From assembly GCA_008632985.1 (NCBI GenBank), contig QPGO01000073.1:310001-374000 (forward strand): a DNA stretch of 64,000 nucleotides, given 5' to 3'. Shown here in pieces: positions 10,512 through 23,145 of this stretch (its first letter is position 1; each line of letters opens with the position of its first letter). A program made the position numbers and the translations under genes. This DNA is from Psammoneis japonica (taxonomy: Eukaryota). The notes beneath the pieces are model-generated. The model saw only the letters and a list, made by a program, of their open reading frames with translations. It had not been told where the DNA came from and did no database searches.

Positions 10512-13500
10512 ATGTATTCACAAAAGATGATGCAGAGGATCGTTACCAATGTTGCTCGTCGCCGCTCCCTTGCTTTGCGACGAACAGCTGTTGCTCCAGG
10601 CCTTTTTGCACGCTCCCTGTCGAATAGCACTGTCATTCCAGGAGTCGGTGGTGGCTTGTCGAGTATTGCAGAACCCAACCCTTCGCTCTTTACCGCTCAG
10701 GAAATGGGCTCTTCTGCGCCAAAACATGATGCAACAGCCGATGCAGCACAGTGGAGGCACGACGTTCGTGCCATGGGATCCGTCTTGGGTCAAATCATCA
10801 AGGGTCACGAAGGAGAAGATATTTTCAACAAGGTGGAAGAAATGAGGAATCTTGCCAAGGTGAGAATTGCAGATTGAAATTGTTAAATGAGGAATGTGCG
10901 TTTTTTGCTACTGCAATGTAATTATCAATCTCAATTTCTGTTCTTCACCCTGCGTCGCTTTTTTTAGGAATGGCGTGAGGAGGGTGCGGGTCGGAAAGAG
11001 AGCGCCAAGGGAGACCAAGCCTTTTCATCTCTTGTGGAGTTTGCATCGTCCCTGTCCAACAGTGAGCTCTTTACCGTGAGCCGTGCCTTTACGCATTTCC
11101 TAGCGCTCGTCAATGCCGCCGAGGGACATCATCGTGCACGCACCCTCAAGGAACAAACACTTCAAGGCAAGAGTCTGGGTGCGTTGAGCCCCAAGGAGGA
11201 TTCGTGTGGTGGAGTGTTGTCGGAACTGCTCGAGGAACATGATGCCGATACGATTTATAATGCTCTCATTAATCAAACGGTCGAACTTGTCTTGACGGCG
11301 CATCCTACCGAAGTCAACCGAAGGACCATTATTGATAAACACCGACGTGTTCAAGAGGTACGCTTATGCTATATATGGCCATGGATATTTTCGGCGCTTC
11401 CTCAATCTCACGATATCAATCTTTGTTTATTTTTGTAGCTCTTGACCAATGTTGATTTGCATCGCGACACGGGTGGCCTCACCGAGTACGAAGCTCACGA
11501 ATTTGATGACGCGATTAAACGAGAAATTGCATCCATGTGGCAGTCCGACGAGGTGGCACGTGCCAAGCCCACGCCACAGATTGAAGCCGAACGCGGCACG
11601 CTCGTGGTGGAGACTGTGCTGTGGGAAGCCTTGCCAAAGTTTCTTCGCAAGCTGAGTGCCACCATGGAACACACACTCGGAAAGGAATTGCCTCTGGATG
11701 CGGCGCCCATCAAGTTTGCAAGCTGGATGGGTGGTGATCGGGATGGAAATCCCAATGTCACGGCCGATGTAACTCGTGAAGTGTGCCTTTTCAAGCGTGC
11801 CAATGCCGCGGCACTTTTTGCCAAAGATTTGTTGCGTTTGCGAGGTGAACTGTCCATCAATAATTGCTCTGATGAATTGAGGAAGGCTGTCGGAGAAGAC
11901 GCAAGGGAACCGTATCGCCGATTCCTCGACCCGGTAAGGAATAATCTCAGAATGGATCATATGTTTGTCTCAAGTCAGTGTTCTGATAGTTGATTTTTGC
12001 CACTTTTTTTCATAAAGATGGTGAAAAAGCTTCAGCTGACTGAATCATGGGCAAAGCAGGAGTTGGATCGCCTCCACAAAAAAGCCGGTACTTCCGGCTC
12101 AGAGAGAATCGAATTGGATGATATTTACCTATCTAGAGATGAACTCATGGAAGAGTTAAAAATTGTGTACCGCTCTCTGTGCGATACTGGCAATGAAACG
12201 ACTGCCAAGGGATTCTTGACAGACATTATGCGGAATGTGTCAGCCTTTGGATTGACCATGGTGCCCTTGGACATTCGCCAGGAAAGCGACCGCCACGCGG
12301 AAGCTTTGGACGCCATTACGCGTTACCTAGGAGTGGGAAGCTATGCAGAGTGGGACGAGCAAACCCGAATTACGTGGATTCAAAAGCAGCTTTCCTCTAA
12401 TCGCCCATTGATCAGGCCTGGAGACTGGAATAATCGTCCCGATATTTTCTCAGACACGGCAATCGAAACTCTCGAAACGTTCCGTATGATTTCGGAACAG
12501 CATCCTGGCAGTCTTGGAGCCTACGTCATTAGTCAGGCTACGTCTTGCAGTGATGTATTGGCTGTACTTGTGATGCAACGTGATGCTGGGGTGAAGAAGC
12601 CTCTTCGCGTTGTTCCTTTGTTTGAAACTCTTGATGATTTGAACGGTGCTGAAGAAAGTATGGAGCGCCTGTTCAACTTGCCTGTCTACATGGGTAGCAT
12701 TGGTGGAAAACAAGAGGTTATGATTGGGTACTCCGATTCGGCCAAGGACGCTGGAAGACTCGCCGCCAGTTGGGCTCAGTACGAAACGCAAGAAAAATTG
12801 GTACGTTTGAAGGTGTTGTATTATTTGCTTTTTTCAACTTTTGAGTCGTTCAATTCCCCAACACCATTCTTTTAATTACTTCAGGCTGCTGTTGCGAAGA
12901 AGCACAACATCGAAATGACCTTTTTCCACGGTAAGGGCGGTACGGTCGGACGCGGAGGTAATCCAGCAACGTTCAACGCGATTCTTTCCCATGCTCCAGA
13001 CACGATTAACGGAAGATTCAGGGTCACTGAGCAAGGAGAAATGATTAACCAGAACTTTGGTCATGGCGACCGCGCCGAACGTACCATGGACATTTACACT
13101 GCTGCGGTCTTGGCTGAATTGTTGAGGTCTAGACAAAAGCCGTCTCAGGAGTGGAGAGAAATGATGGGGAAGTTGTCGGACATTAGTTGCGCCGCGTATC
13201 GCCGGGTTGTCCGCGAAGACGAGCGGTTTGTTCCCTACTTTCGGTCTGCCACTCCGGAATTGGAGCTAAGTAACCTCAACATTGGCTCCAGGCCTGCCAA
13301 GCGCAAGGCCACCGGTGGCGTCGAGAGTCTGCGTGCTATACCCTGGAATTTCTCGTGGTAAGTGTTCATGGTTCTGTGTTTTATTTTGAATTTCTGGGTT
13401 GTTTAATTGCTCAACACCATTCTTTTCGTTACTTCAGGACGCAGACTCGTCTCAATCTTCCCACTTGGCTAGGTGTTGGCGAGGCATTCGATGAAGTTAT

Positions 13501-13924
13501 GCAGAGTGACGATGCTGATAAACTGCTTGAGATGTACAAAGAGTGGGGCTCATTCCGAACAACCGTGGATCTAGTGGAAATGGTCTTGGCTAAGTCAGAG
13601 CCATCCATTGCTCGCCACTACGACGAGACGTTAGTGAAGGACGAGAAGTCGCAAGAACTAGGTCAAGAGGTACGAGAGCTTCATTCGCAGACAGAGAAAG
13701 CGGTTCTCAATCTCACTGGACACGAGACGTTCAGTGAAGACAACACTTTGCTCAGACGTATCTTGCAGATTAGAAATCCATATGTCGATTGCCTCAATGT
13801 CTTGCAAGCAGAAACGCTCAAGAGACTCAGGGAGAGCGAAGAGGCGGGTGAGGATCAAGTCTTGAAGGACTCTCTTCTTACTACGATTACCGGAGTTGCC
13901 AACGGAATGGGCAACACCGGCTAA
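10512..13924 (+). CDS. PEPC: Phosphoenolpyruvate carboxylase, probably the mitochondrial isoform; 6 exons
   Basis: Motifs LTAHPTE, SWMGGDRDGNP, VMIGYSDS, FHGKGGTVGRGG, LRAIPW and terminal GMGNTG. GT-AG introns 10860-10967, 11358-11438, 11934-12017, 12801-12884 and 13358-13437. Arg/Ser-rich N-terminal presequence. Start could be 10512 or 10527. Confidence 0.97.
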
Positions 13925-14438
13925 TTGCTTTCCTGCATTGAAACTTTCGCGAACTCCCGTAGTTAGTTTTTTTCTTTCATTTTTGAAATGATATTGACAC
14001 CGCACTCGGGATAATTACAGTAGCGGTGGCTTTTCCTTGATCTCTCAACCTTACGCGATGCATTAACTGAAATCTTGGAATTTTTCCTTTTGACATTTTA
14101 ATTGTCTTCATGCATTTCTGCATGGTGCGTCGCATCTGATCTATTCTGGCAGGATATTTGAAAAATTGACATTGTTCATTTGTCTTCATATCTTTAGGTT
14201 CTATCAAATCATTCAAATAATCATGTACATTCTGAGCTCAAAAGAAATATATTATGCTCACAACGTGATAGTGAAAGCAAATTTTCAAAATGAGCGTTAA
14301 TTTTTTATGTTTTACTATCGAAAAATTCTCAACTTCGTTCGAGGGTTTGAGGCTGAGATCCAAAAGTTGAACCATAAAGGGACTAAAGTTTCGATTGAAG
14401 AGCATACTTTGTTTCATGTGCAGCATGCAAGGCATGCG

Positions 14439-15669
14439 ATGGCCGAGAACGTTCTTTGGCGCCGGTCTGCGACCAGGTTCGTCATAACATTCTGGATAAT
14501 ATCCGAAAAACTAATCAGTGCTGATTTGATGCACCCGAAATTCAACCCACGCCGTCGAACAAACGATTCACGAGAAGGCACGCCGCCTGCCAGGGTTCAG
14601 CTGGATCGGTTCATTTTTGAGCTAGCGCCCGTTCCACTGACATTGTCCGAACGAGACAAACGGGATATTTCCGATGTTCTGTTGCGACTACTCACCAAAC
14701 ATTTCTCCGAACAAGATTCAACCTTTGGCTTCTTGATTCTAGACAACCTGAAGGAATCTGACAGCTTAGTAACGCACGAACAACGAAACCGAAACTCCAA
14801 AATACCGCAGCATGGTCGACTGTTGCAATCATCCGCAGTTCGTTTCAGTACAGGCGGGATTGCTGCGTTCAATTTGCCGCAAGAACGAAGTCCTCCCACT
14901 GTGGACGAGATAATGAGGTGGGTTGCGCGTGCGATCGACTACGAGCTCGTTGTTAGCTTTCAAATCACTGAATATCAGTACATCGACACAGCAAAGTTCA
15001 ATCCTTTGATTTCTGTACCCTCACCGACCATTGCACCCACGCAAATGCCCACCCAATGTGAAGAGATAAGCAGCAGCACACCCTGGATCTTAATTGGAAT
15101 TCTTGTCGCAGCAGTTGGCTCGGACTGTGCATGGTCACTTTGACGGCATTTGCAATTTGGAAAGGACGAAGAAAATCTCGGCTGGGCATCTATCAAGCTA
15201 AAGGAACAGGCCGAGACTTGCTGCTGGATAATAGCAATACAATGTCCCGGAGTAGCGACGCAAGCGTTTGCGACGAGGATGAGTTCTCTGACCATGTCTA
15301 CGACGTGGAGGCATTGGCGGAGGACGCGATAAGTGCATGTGATCAGTCAGTGGACATTGCTACTATGAATCATTGGGATCGGCTTCATTCTTTGAGACGG
15401 AGTCATTCCAGTATGAAATGGAACCTGTCATTCGAAAAGATATGCTTCACACCACGGACGCATTTCTGATAGGCAGTTTCACGAACCAACCAAGGAAACA
15501 ACGATACAACAAAAGAGGTGACTACAGCTCTTTTGCTTCTGATAGGAGGAACGACTCTGCTAGAGATAGTAATGCAGGTCTGACCGCCGCTTTCCAAGCT
15601 AGTCGTTCCCCATTTGTTTTTGAAGCCAGCGACAACGTTGGAGAAAGGGTGGAAATACGCCCGCACTAG
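14439..15669 (+). CDS. Uncharacterised single-pass membrane protein (frameshifted); probable paralogue of 23558-24181
   Basis: Chained ORFs 14307-15143, 15131-15469 and 15373-15669. P/T-rich linker PSPTIAPTQMPT, TM WILIGILVAAVG, then basic KGRRKSR. Start uncertain. Confidence 0.55.
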
Positions 15670-16412
15670 ACTGCCTAAAAGTCTAGTCGATGCTTTACAT
15701 GTAACTATTTGAAAAAGAATAGCAGATTTCCCATCGATGGCACTGCAGAAACAATGAAAATGTCTCTATAGACCTGCATGATGCCGGGTATCGACAGCGA
15801 AATCTTTATGTGTAGAAGTATTTGAAAAGTTTTCCCTACCGGTAGATTTTTGTATGCAGTTTCTTAGGAAATCCTCTTTTCCAACTTATTCGAGAAAGAC
15901 ATTGCATTTGCCGAGAGCATGAATCGAACCAAGCAACGCAATAAATGTCAAGTCGGTCCATTCGTTGCCTCAACGCGGAACCGACAGTCATCTACAGGAT
16001 ACCACGCCGGATCAATCCAACATCCTCCTGGAGGACTATGCAAGGCCCTTCTATCTTCAATTACTACCCACAACTCCACCAGGACGGTACCAAAGGCTCA
16101 TCGACCCGCATCATGAGCCGCCCGACAAAACATAACGATCATGACGCAAATTATGCGGAGGCGTATCCGCTTGGCTGCCGCGTCCTCAATGGAAAGAAAG
16201 TCTCTATAAAAACTACTACTTTCATCTTGATCTTCTAGTCTCCTAACAGCAGAAAGATAATAGATGCATTACATAGGTACAGCAGATCTTATCTGTTGTG
16301 GGTAGTAAGCAGAAAAGGCTGCCTTACCTGCGCGCAGTAACAGGTGGATACTTTGGTCAGCCAAATTCAATCCACTTATCACTAGCCCATCATTATTTCA
16401 CTCCTATTTAAC

Positions 16413-17949
16413 CTACTTCCTGTTCTTTGGCTTAAGATACTCGTCGTATAGATCCTCCAAATAGATTTTTTCGAGGCCCTCCTTGTAATGTTCGAGACAC
16501 TCCATATAGTGAAGACATCCGTGTGCTTTCACTGCACTGTGTCCAAGTTTACAACATGTAAGGCATATCAAAGGTGTACAGACAAGTATGCGGAGACTGT
16601 GCTTAACTCGTTGACTCAAAACCTCGGAATAAAGCCGAAACTTGCTCTTGCCACCAGATGAGGGGTGCCACAAGCGACAGTCGTTTCTCCAACGGGGATG
16701 CAAGAGTAGTTTCATTCCAATGTGACGAAAGGAAGAGTTTAATGGAGACTTTGTCAGACAGTTTAGAGCCATGTCTGGTACCAATGGGACCGCGTCCCAT
16801 CGATTCACAACGCGAAGCATTCGGAACTCGTTTTGTCGCTCCAAAGCTTCGATGGCTAGACGGAACTGAAGGTTTCCTACTTTCGGGCTACCAATACTGA
16901 CGCAAGTAACTGGTTTAGGGATGCGTGGGTCAGGTGATGCGGCAGCTTCAGCGGCCAAAACAGACGCCAGTGCACCTGAATGATACAGACAGACAGAGCA
17001 AAAACAGAGTTGTAAGACTGTACCATCTATGCTCAGGCTATACCTGCCAAAGAAAAACATGCGTACCACCCAAAGAATGTCCAATGCAAGCAAGATCATA
17101 ACTTGGATTCTCTTCTAGTAAGATAGCGACTTTGGCAAGGATTCTCTGTGTCTTGTTGTGCATATCAGCCCTTCTTACTTGCCGTCGACGATTGTGTGGC
17201 GGAGGGTCACAGCTGGAACGGTCCTCGGAATCCAACTGTCCATATAGATAACTGACAAAGCCGTGATGCAGACCGAAATACTCCGCTTGGCCCTCCTCAT
17301 CTACAGGGTTTGGAATGTCCCTTAGGACAGCCTCTATGTTTCGGAGCCAATCGTTGCTTGTTACAGATCCACGAAACATTACCACGATTCGTCGGATTGA
17401 GTGAGACACTGTAATTGCGTAGACACATTCAGATTCCTGTTTTTCGTCATCATAATCGACTACCACACCTGGTTGACGAATCTCCCCTCCTGCTAGAGCT
17501 TCTTCATTGCGCTTCTTCCATTTTGCAGCTGCTGATAGGTAAAAATCTTTGCTTTCTCCTAGACGTGCCTCGAGATTCTGAAGATTACTCTCTAATATGA
17601 GAGAAATGTCGTATGGGCTCACGGGCAGTTGTAAGATCTTCTGTATTGCTCGCTCCGTTTCTGCGTTGGGGCTCGTCAGAAGGTCCTTCTGCGCCATCTC
17701 GCGAAGATCTGCAAACAAATACATCCACACAGAAGCCTGAATCGAATCCTCTACTTCCTCGTAAAGCGATCGTCGTCGAGGAGGAGGAGTAGACTCATTA
17801 TCCTGGTCAGATTTTTCGTTTTCAGGGGCGCCTGGACGCTCATCGACCTTCTCCTCTTTGTTTTCCATCGTAGGGGGTACGTCGCGAGTCGCGAAACAAC
17901 TTTTTTTTTTAATCAAGCTTCGTCTCTCTTTTTCGACATCTGGATCCAC
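16413..17949 (-). CDS. Class 3 lipase (alpha/beta hydrolase), 2 exons
   Basis: VVMFRGS, LHHGF and GHSLG|GALA across intron 17066-16976. GSPKVGN, RVVNRWDAVP and FRHIG follow. Start uncertain (GTG 17949 or ATG ~17868). Confidence 0.92.
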
Positions 17950-18249
17950 TCGTTTTTTCTATGTTCAATTTGGTAATTGAGTTAATAAAATATAGGTAGC
18001 TGCCAAAAGTCTCTGATAAACAGGAAGAAACAGGTAACAAAAGATGCTCTTTAGTAGGCGTAATGCCGCGGTAGACTATTTCCGAGCATCGCGGCGATCT
18101 CAGATCGATCGGCGGGCATCGCGGGCATGCATCCTACAGTATCATCTCATCGGGCAAAAATTAGCCGACTCATTCGACTCAACTCCCGCAGGGCACAGCG
18201 GCTTGGGAGTTGGTAGCAAGTTGAAAACAGGGCCAGTGTCGACCCTCGC

Positions 18250-20650
18250 AAGCTGAAATTGACACACTCTAGAGATGTGCTGAGTCTCCTAGCCCATGGG
18301 TTGGCCTGTCATTGCTGCTGCAGTCATGCAGTGCAAGTTGAGTCTTCTGCTCTCACTTGTTTTGTGCTTGCGGCCGACACGTCGGCTCTGCGCTGGATGG
18401 ACGAAGAACAACATCTCGTGTGCAAAGTTTGGCTTGGATGTCGTGCAGCAAAACACCCCAGAGGACTGATGTCAGCACCCTCAGCACTGTCAAACTGGGT
18501 CAGTTTCTTCACTCACTTGCTGTCACTCATGTGTTGTCAGATTCCATGCAAGCCTTGCCATTGGCCTTCTTCAACACACTCGACATGCTGCTGTGGCAGC
18601 AGCCCTTGACCTTGCGGGGGAGGAGACCTCAGCATGACAGCCAGAATGCTGCAACATTCTCAGTGCATGTGCTTTGCCAATGTGAGTGACAAGCCAGCAC
18701 TCCCAAGCCTTGCTGATTTGGGTGTCAGCCCAATTTTTGATGCTCTTCAGCGATGACATTTGAGAAGTCATTTTTGCTGTGGCTCGGCACCCGTGTGCTG
18801 TGAGACACACAGACTGAGTCATTTCAGATCAGAGCAGCAATGGGCACCAGTCACTTCCCTTGTGGCGCTGTGTGAGCATGTGCCTGAGATCATGCAGCTT
18901 CAAGGACACCTGTCAAGGGGCTCTCTCTGCCCCCTTTGCACAGTGTGACACTGCCAAGGGCTGCCAGCACAGTGGCCAGGCAAGGTGTCAGCATGCAGAT
19001 TTTTCTTTGCAGAGCTTCTCAGCAAACATGTCTTGTTTGCAGCTGGGCATTGCAACAAGCTCTGGCGCACTGGAAATCATGTCCAAGCTCCTCCTTCCTC
19101 TGCCAAAGCCAAACTTTGGATGGAAGGCCCAGGGATGAAAAAACTGTGCCACACAGCATGACCAACATTGTTGTCCACATGTCCACAAAAACTTCAAGCT
19201 GCTTTTTTGCCATGTTCTGGGTGCCACTCCTTCTGGAGAGCTTGAGCTTTGCCAGCATCTCACAAAAATGCTTCAGACTGCACCTGTTGGGTGGTTCCTG
19301 TGGACAAAACCACAGTGTGGGCTGCACATGCAACCAAACATTTTTTGTTGGTGGCTTTCAAATCACGCTGAATTTTGTCATTGTGGTGCTGGCTCAGAGC
19401 AATGTTCAGCCCGCCGACTGGTTTTTTTCCTTCCCCAACCATTTGACCCAAACCAGTGCCGCCTGCCCAAAACAAAAAGACAAGCAGCAGCATGCCACAC
19501 ACACATTGACTGGAGAGCTTGAGCTTTGTCAGCATCTCATGAAACTGCACCAGATTTTGCACTTGTGAGGTGTTCCTGTGGATAAGATTGCAGCGTGGGC
19601 TGCACACACAACCAACCATTGTTGTGTTGGTGTCTTTCAAACAATGCGCTGCTGATTCTTGTGAGTGTGGTGCTGGCTCAGAGCACCGTTCAGCCCGCTG
19701 ACCATTTTTTTTTCTTTGGCAGCCATTTCACCCACACCAGTGCCCACCCACAACAAAACAACAAGCAGCAGCATGTCACACACATTGACTGGAGTTTTTG
19801 CCCCCCCCCTTCCGTCATCACAGAGTCAGGCTGCTCATGTCCACTTTGGCGGCATTTTGCAGCGGGGGAAGGGTGGTGTGCAAAATCTCAGCTGAGTGCC
19901 ACCCACCAGGCTGAAGAGAAAGAATGTCATGCCAAGATGCACTTGCTGCTAGAGACTGGCAGCACAGCATCCCAGAGCAGTGGCACAAGTGTTTGCAGAT
20001 GACTCTCTGTGGCCAGGACACCCAACATGATGCGGAGCTCTGCTGGCCAAGGGTGCAAGAACAAGCATGCACCAGGCACTGGTCAGCCTGCAGATGCCAT
20101 CACTCCAAAGTCACTGGGGTTGGTTTTGCTCTTTGAGGCCAAGTCACTCAAGCATGCTTCCAGCTGGTGGCTGCTTCATGAGCCAGAGCCAGCCAACGAA
20201 ACAAAGATGCACAGCTCGCGCGAGTTGTGGTTGCGCAGCTCTTTGGCTTGTGCCAGATCAAACAACTCTGTCAGAGACAGTGGCACAGTCCTGGCTCATG
20301 CTTTCCCAGCCAGTCATCTCCCCCTGTTTCTTTGCAAAGCCAGCGACAATGTTGGAGCAGGGGGCTCTCTGTTCTTGCAGCTTGCAAGCGCAGCTCTGGT
20401 CTCCTCTGCCCCCTGAATCCCAGCCAGCATTTTGACACTTTGCACACAGCCATTTGAAAAAAGCCTTTGCATCAACAACAATGCAAAAGCACTTGAGGAT
20501 CTTTGTGGACCTGTGTGATGCCAAGTGTCAACTGCCAAACGTGTGTGCACACGGGGCGTCAGCTGTTGGCTCTCCAGACACTCCCAGACAGCTCTGCTCC
20601 ACAACAAGAAGATGAGGTGCTGATTGTGCTTTGCAGTTTCTCAGGGAATC
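18250..20650. mobile_element. TA-depleted degenerate repeat/transposon relic with an internal ~280-bp tandem duplication
   Basis: Near-total TA loss and Tyr-free spurious ORFs in six frames. Duplicated unit ~19236-19512 / ~19513-19790. Weak hAT-like hints only; family unassigned. Confidence 0.6.
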
Positions 20651-21064
20651 TTCTTTTCCAATTTATGTTCAAGAAGGACATGGCATTTACCAAATGCATG
20701 AATCGAACCAAGCATTGCAATGTCAAATTGCTGGTGTGAGAGATGCCTCCACTTCCGCAAATCTCAGCCGCGACCAAGGCGTGACCACTCAGTCTGCGTC
20801 CGCGATCATCTCAATTTTTTTGGCCTTTGCACCTCCTTGGGAGTGGCCTTTGCACGACTGGCTTCCGCTCGGCTCAACGCTCGCCATGATGGCCGCACGA
20901 CGAACGACGAGAACATTCTCTCACTCGTGTTGCCGTCACTTCTTGTCACTCTCGCCGCCGTCACGATTCTTACAGTAGGCCTCAAAGCGCTATGCGTACG
21001 CTACACGTTCTTATTTTGTCTTCCCCATCTTTCCACAGTCTGCTCACACAATATTTTAAGAAGG

Positions 21065-22627
21065 ATGATCACGTGTCCGGTTTGTAAAAAGGTACACCAT
21101 GATCGTGACTGGTCAGACTGGTCTCCAGGCCTTTGCTCGCACGGAGCTTTAGTTGTATATACATCTGCGCAGTGCCCCATTTGTCTTGAAGAAGCCAAGC
21201 CTGTTGTGGCTATACCGTGTGGGCACCTGTTGTGTAAAACAGATTTTGGAAAGTTAGGCGGATGCGTTCGGCAACCTCGGAATGAAAGAAGTCCGGATGG
21301 AGCAACTAGCCGGGCACATGCCGGTATGCCGGTAGATCGATACAGAATCCCAGACTTTGAATCCGAGAGTGACGTTGGAGAAACTCGATTAGATAGAGTC
21401 CCAGAAGAGGGGTGGGATTTTGGAACAGCGGCTGCTGCCAGCGTTCTTGGCATACCCGGTCTCGGGCATTCAGAGAGGGATGACGGGTCTGAAACCACAG
21501 AAAGTGCCACGCAGTCATCTGACGCAACAAGCGACAGTGACGAATGGGATATGGAATCAGAGTTTAGTAGTGACTTGTCTGATGAGGTAGACTCGCTGGA
21601 TGATGATGCTACTCAGAGCACTACACATGACGAATCACTTCCACCGAGAGAGAACCCAAGAGAACTGCACATTACTCAAGGAGCGAGAAGACGGCTCAGA
21701 GGAGGAGCTTGGATGCTTGTACCGGAAGAAGGCAACGCAACAAAATGCACTCTCATATATCAGGTACACGGGATTTCTCACGTGATGGGTGACTTTGCAC
21801 ATGGCAGTAAGCTCGTTCCAGACGGGAAGTCAAACAGCGTACTAGTTTGTTCTCCGCTGAGCACAACCGTGGATGGAAAGAAGAAATGGGCTATTTATCA
21901 CGCCAACCTTGAACGAACTACTCTGATGCACGAGATGAGTTGTCCTTTGCAAATTGTATCCAATTTAAGTGCTGGAGTCTGGACGTTGCATCGGCAAGGT
22001 CAAGAAACGCTACTCTCGTTTTACAACCGTCACTATCTAGACGGAAAACAAATAGCCAAGGTTCCAGCATTATCCTACTTGATTGCAGACTGCATGGGTG
22101 GAGCTTGGGTTCATGCCAGGTATAACAATACAGACAGCACCGTGGAGGGAATGCTGCAGCCGGGTCTATGGCATATTACAACTCGACGAAAGGTCCAGAT
22201 CTTTGAGAGTATCTCGGGGAATGCAAAATGTGTATCGGACGGGCTGGGGGGCGTTTGGGTACTCATTGAAACCGAGCCCTTTCACAGTATGGTAAAATTA
22301 AGTCGTGATGGCGTTAAATCAGAGACAAGTGTCGCTGTTTACTCGAATGCAGCAAAGCTTGTCGGGGACGGTGCAGACGGCGTCTACATTCATGACTTAG
22401 TAGATCGTAAATGGAAGCTGTATCATTTGACAGAGGAAAATGGACCCAAAGAGGTTTGTGATTGTAAAAGAGATGCCAGAATCGTACCAGATGGAAACTG
22501 TGGTGTTTGGATCATGGAGAGAAGATCAAGGGAGGATTCATCGAGAGTACTGAGACATGTTACTCGAAACGGACATCTTGCCGAAGAAGCGGAATTCCCT
22601 GTAGGCACTATGCTGTCGGCATTATAG
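21065..22627 (+). CDS. RING-finger protein with acidic linker and repeat-built C-terminal domain (putative beta-propeller)
   Basis: CPICLEEAKPVVAIPCGHLLCKTD (C3HC4-like; the last CxxC is replaced by CKTD), a D/E/S-rich tract and six DGxGGxW-like repeats. The ORF extends to 20720, so the true start is uncertain. Confidence 0.75.
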   Translation: MITCPVCKKVHHDRDWSDWSPGLCSHGALVVYTSAQCPICLEEAKPVVAIPCGHLLCKTDFGKLGGCVRQPRNERSPDGATSRAHAGMPVDRYRIPDFESESDVGETRLDRVPEEGWDFGTAAAASVLGIPGLGHSERDDGSETTESATQSSDATSDSDEWDMESEFSSDLSDEVDSLDDDATQSTTHDESLPPRENPRELHITQGARRRLRGGAWMLVPEEGNATKCTLIYQVHGISHVMGDFAHGSKLVPDGKSNSVLVCSPLSTTVDGKKKWAIYHANLERTTLMHEMSCPLQIVSNLSAGVWTLHRQGQETLLSFYNRHYLDGKQIAKVPALSYLIADCMGGAWVHARYNNTDSTVEGMLQPGLWHITTRRKVQIFESISGNAKCVSDGLGGVWVLIETEPFHSMVKLSRDGVKSETSVAVYSNAAKLVGDGADGVYIHDLVDRKWKLYHLTEENGPKEVCDCKRDARIVPDGNCGVWIMERRSREDSSRVLRHVTRNGHLAEEAEFPVGTMLSAL

Positions 22628-22687
22628 TTTATAAGAATCAGGGTGCACGCTTAGTAAAGTGCGTTGTAGAAATAAGCTCTCTAATAA

Positions 22688-22995
22688 ATTGGGTACACGG
22701 GATTTCTCACTTGATGGGTGACTTCAAACATGGCAGTAAGCTCGTTCCAGACGTGGAGACAAATAGTATACTCATCTACTCTCCGTTGAACACTACCATG
22801 GATGGAAAGAATAAATGGGCGTTTTATCACGCCAATCTTGAATGGACTACTCTGATACACGAGATGGCTTTTCCTTTGTAGGGAGGATTTATCAAGAGCA
22901 CTGAGACATGTTACTCGAAACGGACAAATAGCCGAAGAAACATAAGGCTCTATGCTGTCAGCAATCTAGTTCGTAAGAATCATCAGGGTGCACGC
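22688..22995 (+). pseudogene. Partial, internally deleted tandem duplicate of the 3' part of the RING gene
   Basis: GGTACACGGGATTTCTCAC...CATGGCAGTAAGCTCGTTCCAGACG repeats 21762-21950. CTGAGACATGTTACTCGAAACGGACA and CAGGGTGCACGCTTAG repeat 22550-22655. Confidence 0.8.
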
Positions 22996-23145
22996 TTAGA
23001 GCATAGTACATTGTAAAATATGTAGATGGTAGCTTTAGTATGTGTAAGAATGATGTGGTGTTGAGAGACCCCACGTGCTGTAGTGAGGCACGGGACTCCG
23101 AGGGTGCATGAAGGTATGATAGGCATACGAGTAAACTCCACAATG

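Noticed and set aside
10512..13924. PEPC with a bestrophin in the same window as a carbon-concentrating gene cluster
   Set aside because: They are 45 kb apart with unrelated genes between, and there is no evidence of linkage.
15917..20725. Shared GCATGAATCGAACCAAGCA at ~15917 and ~20696
   Set aside because: A real but short match with no interpretable structure; probably a remnant of an old duplication.
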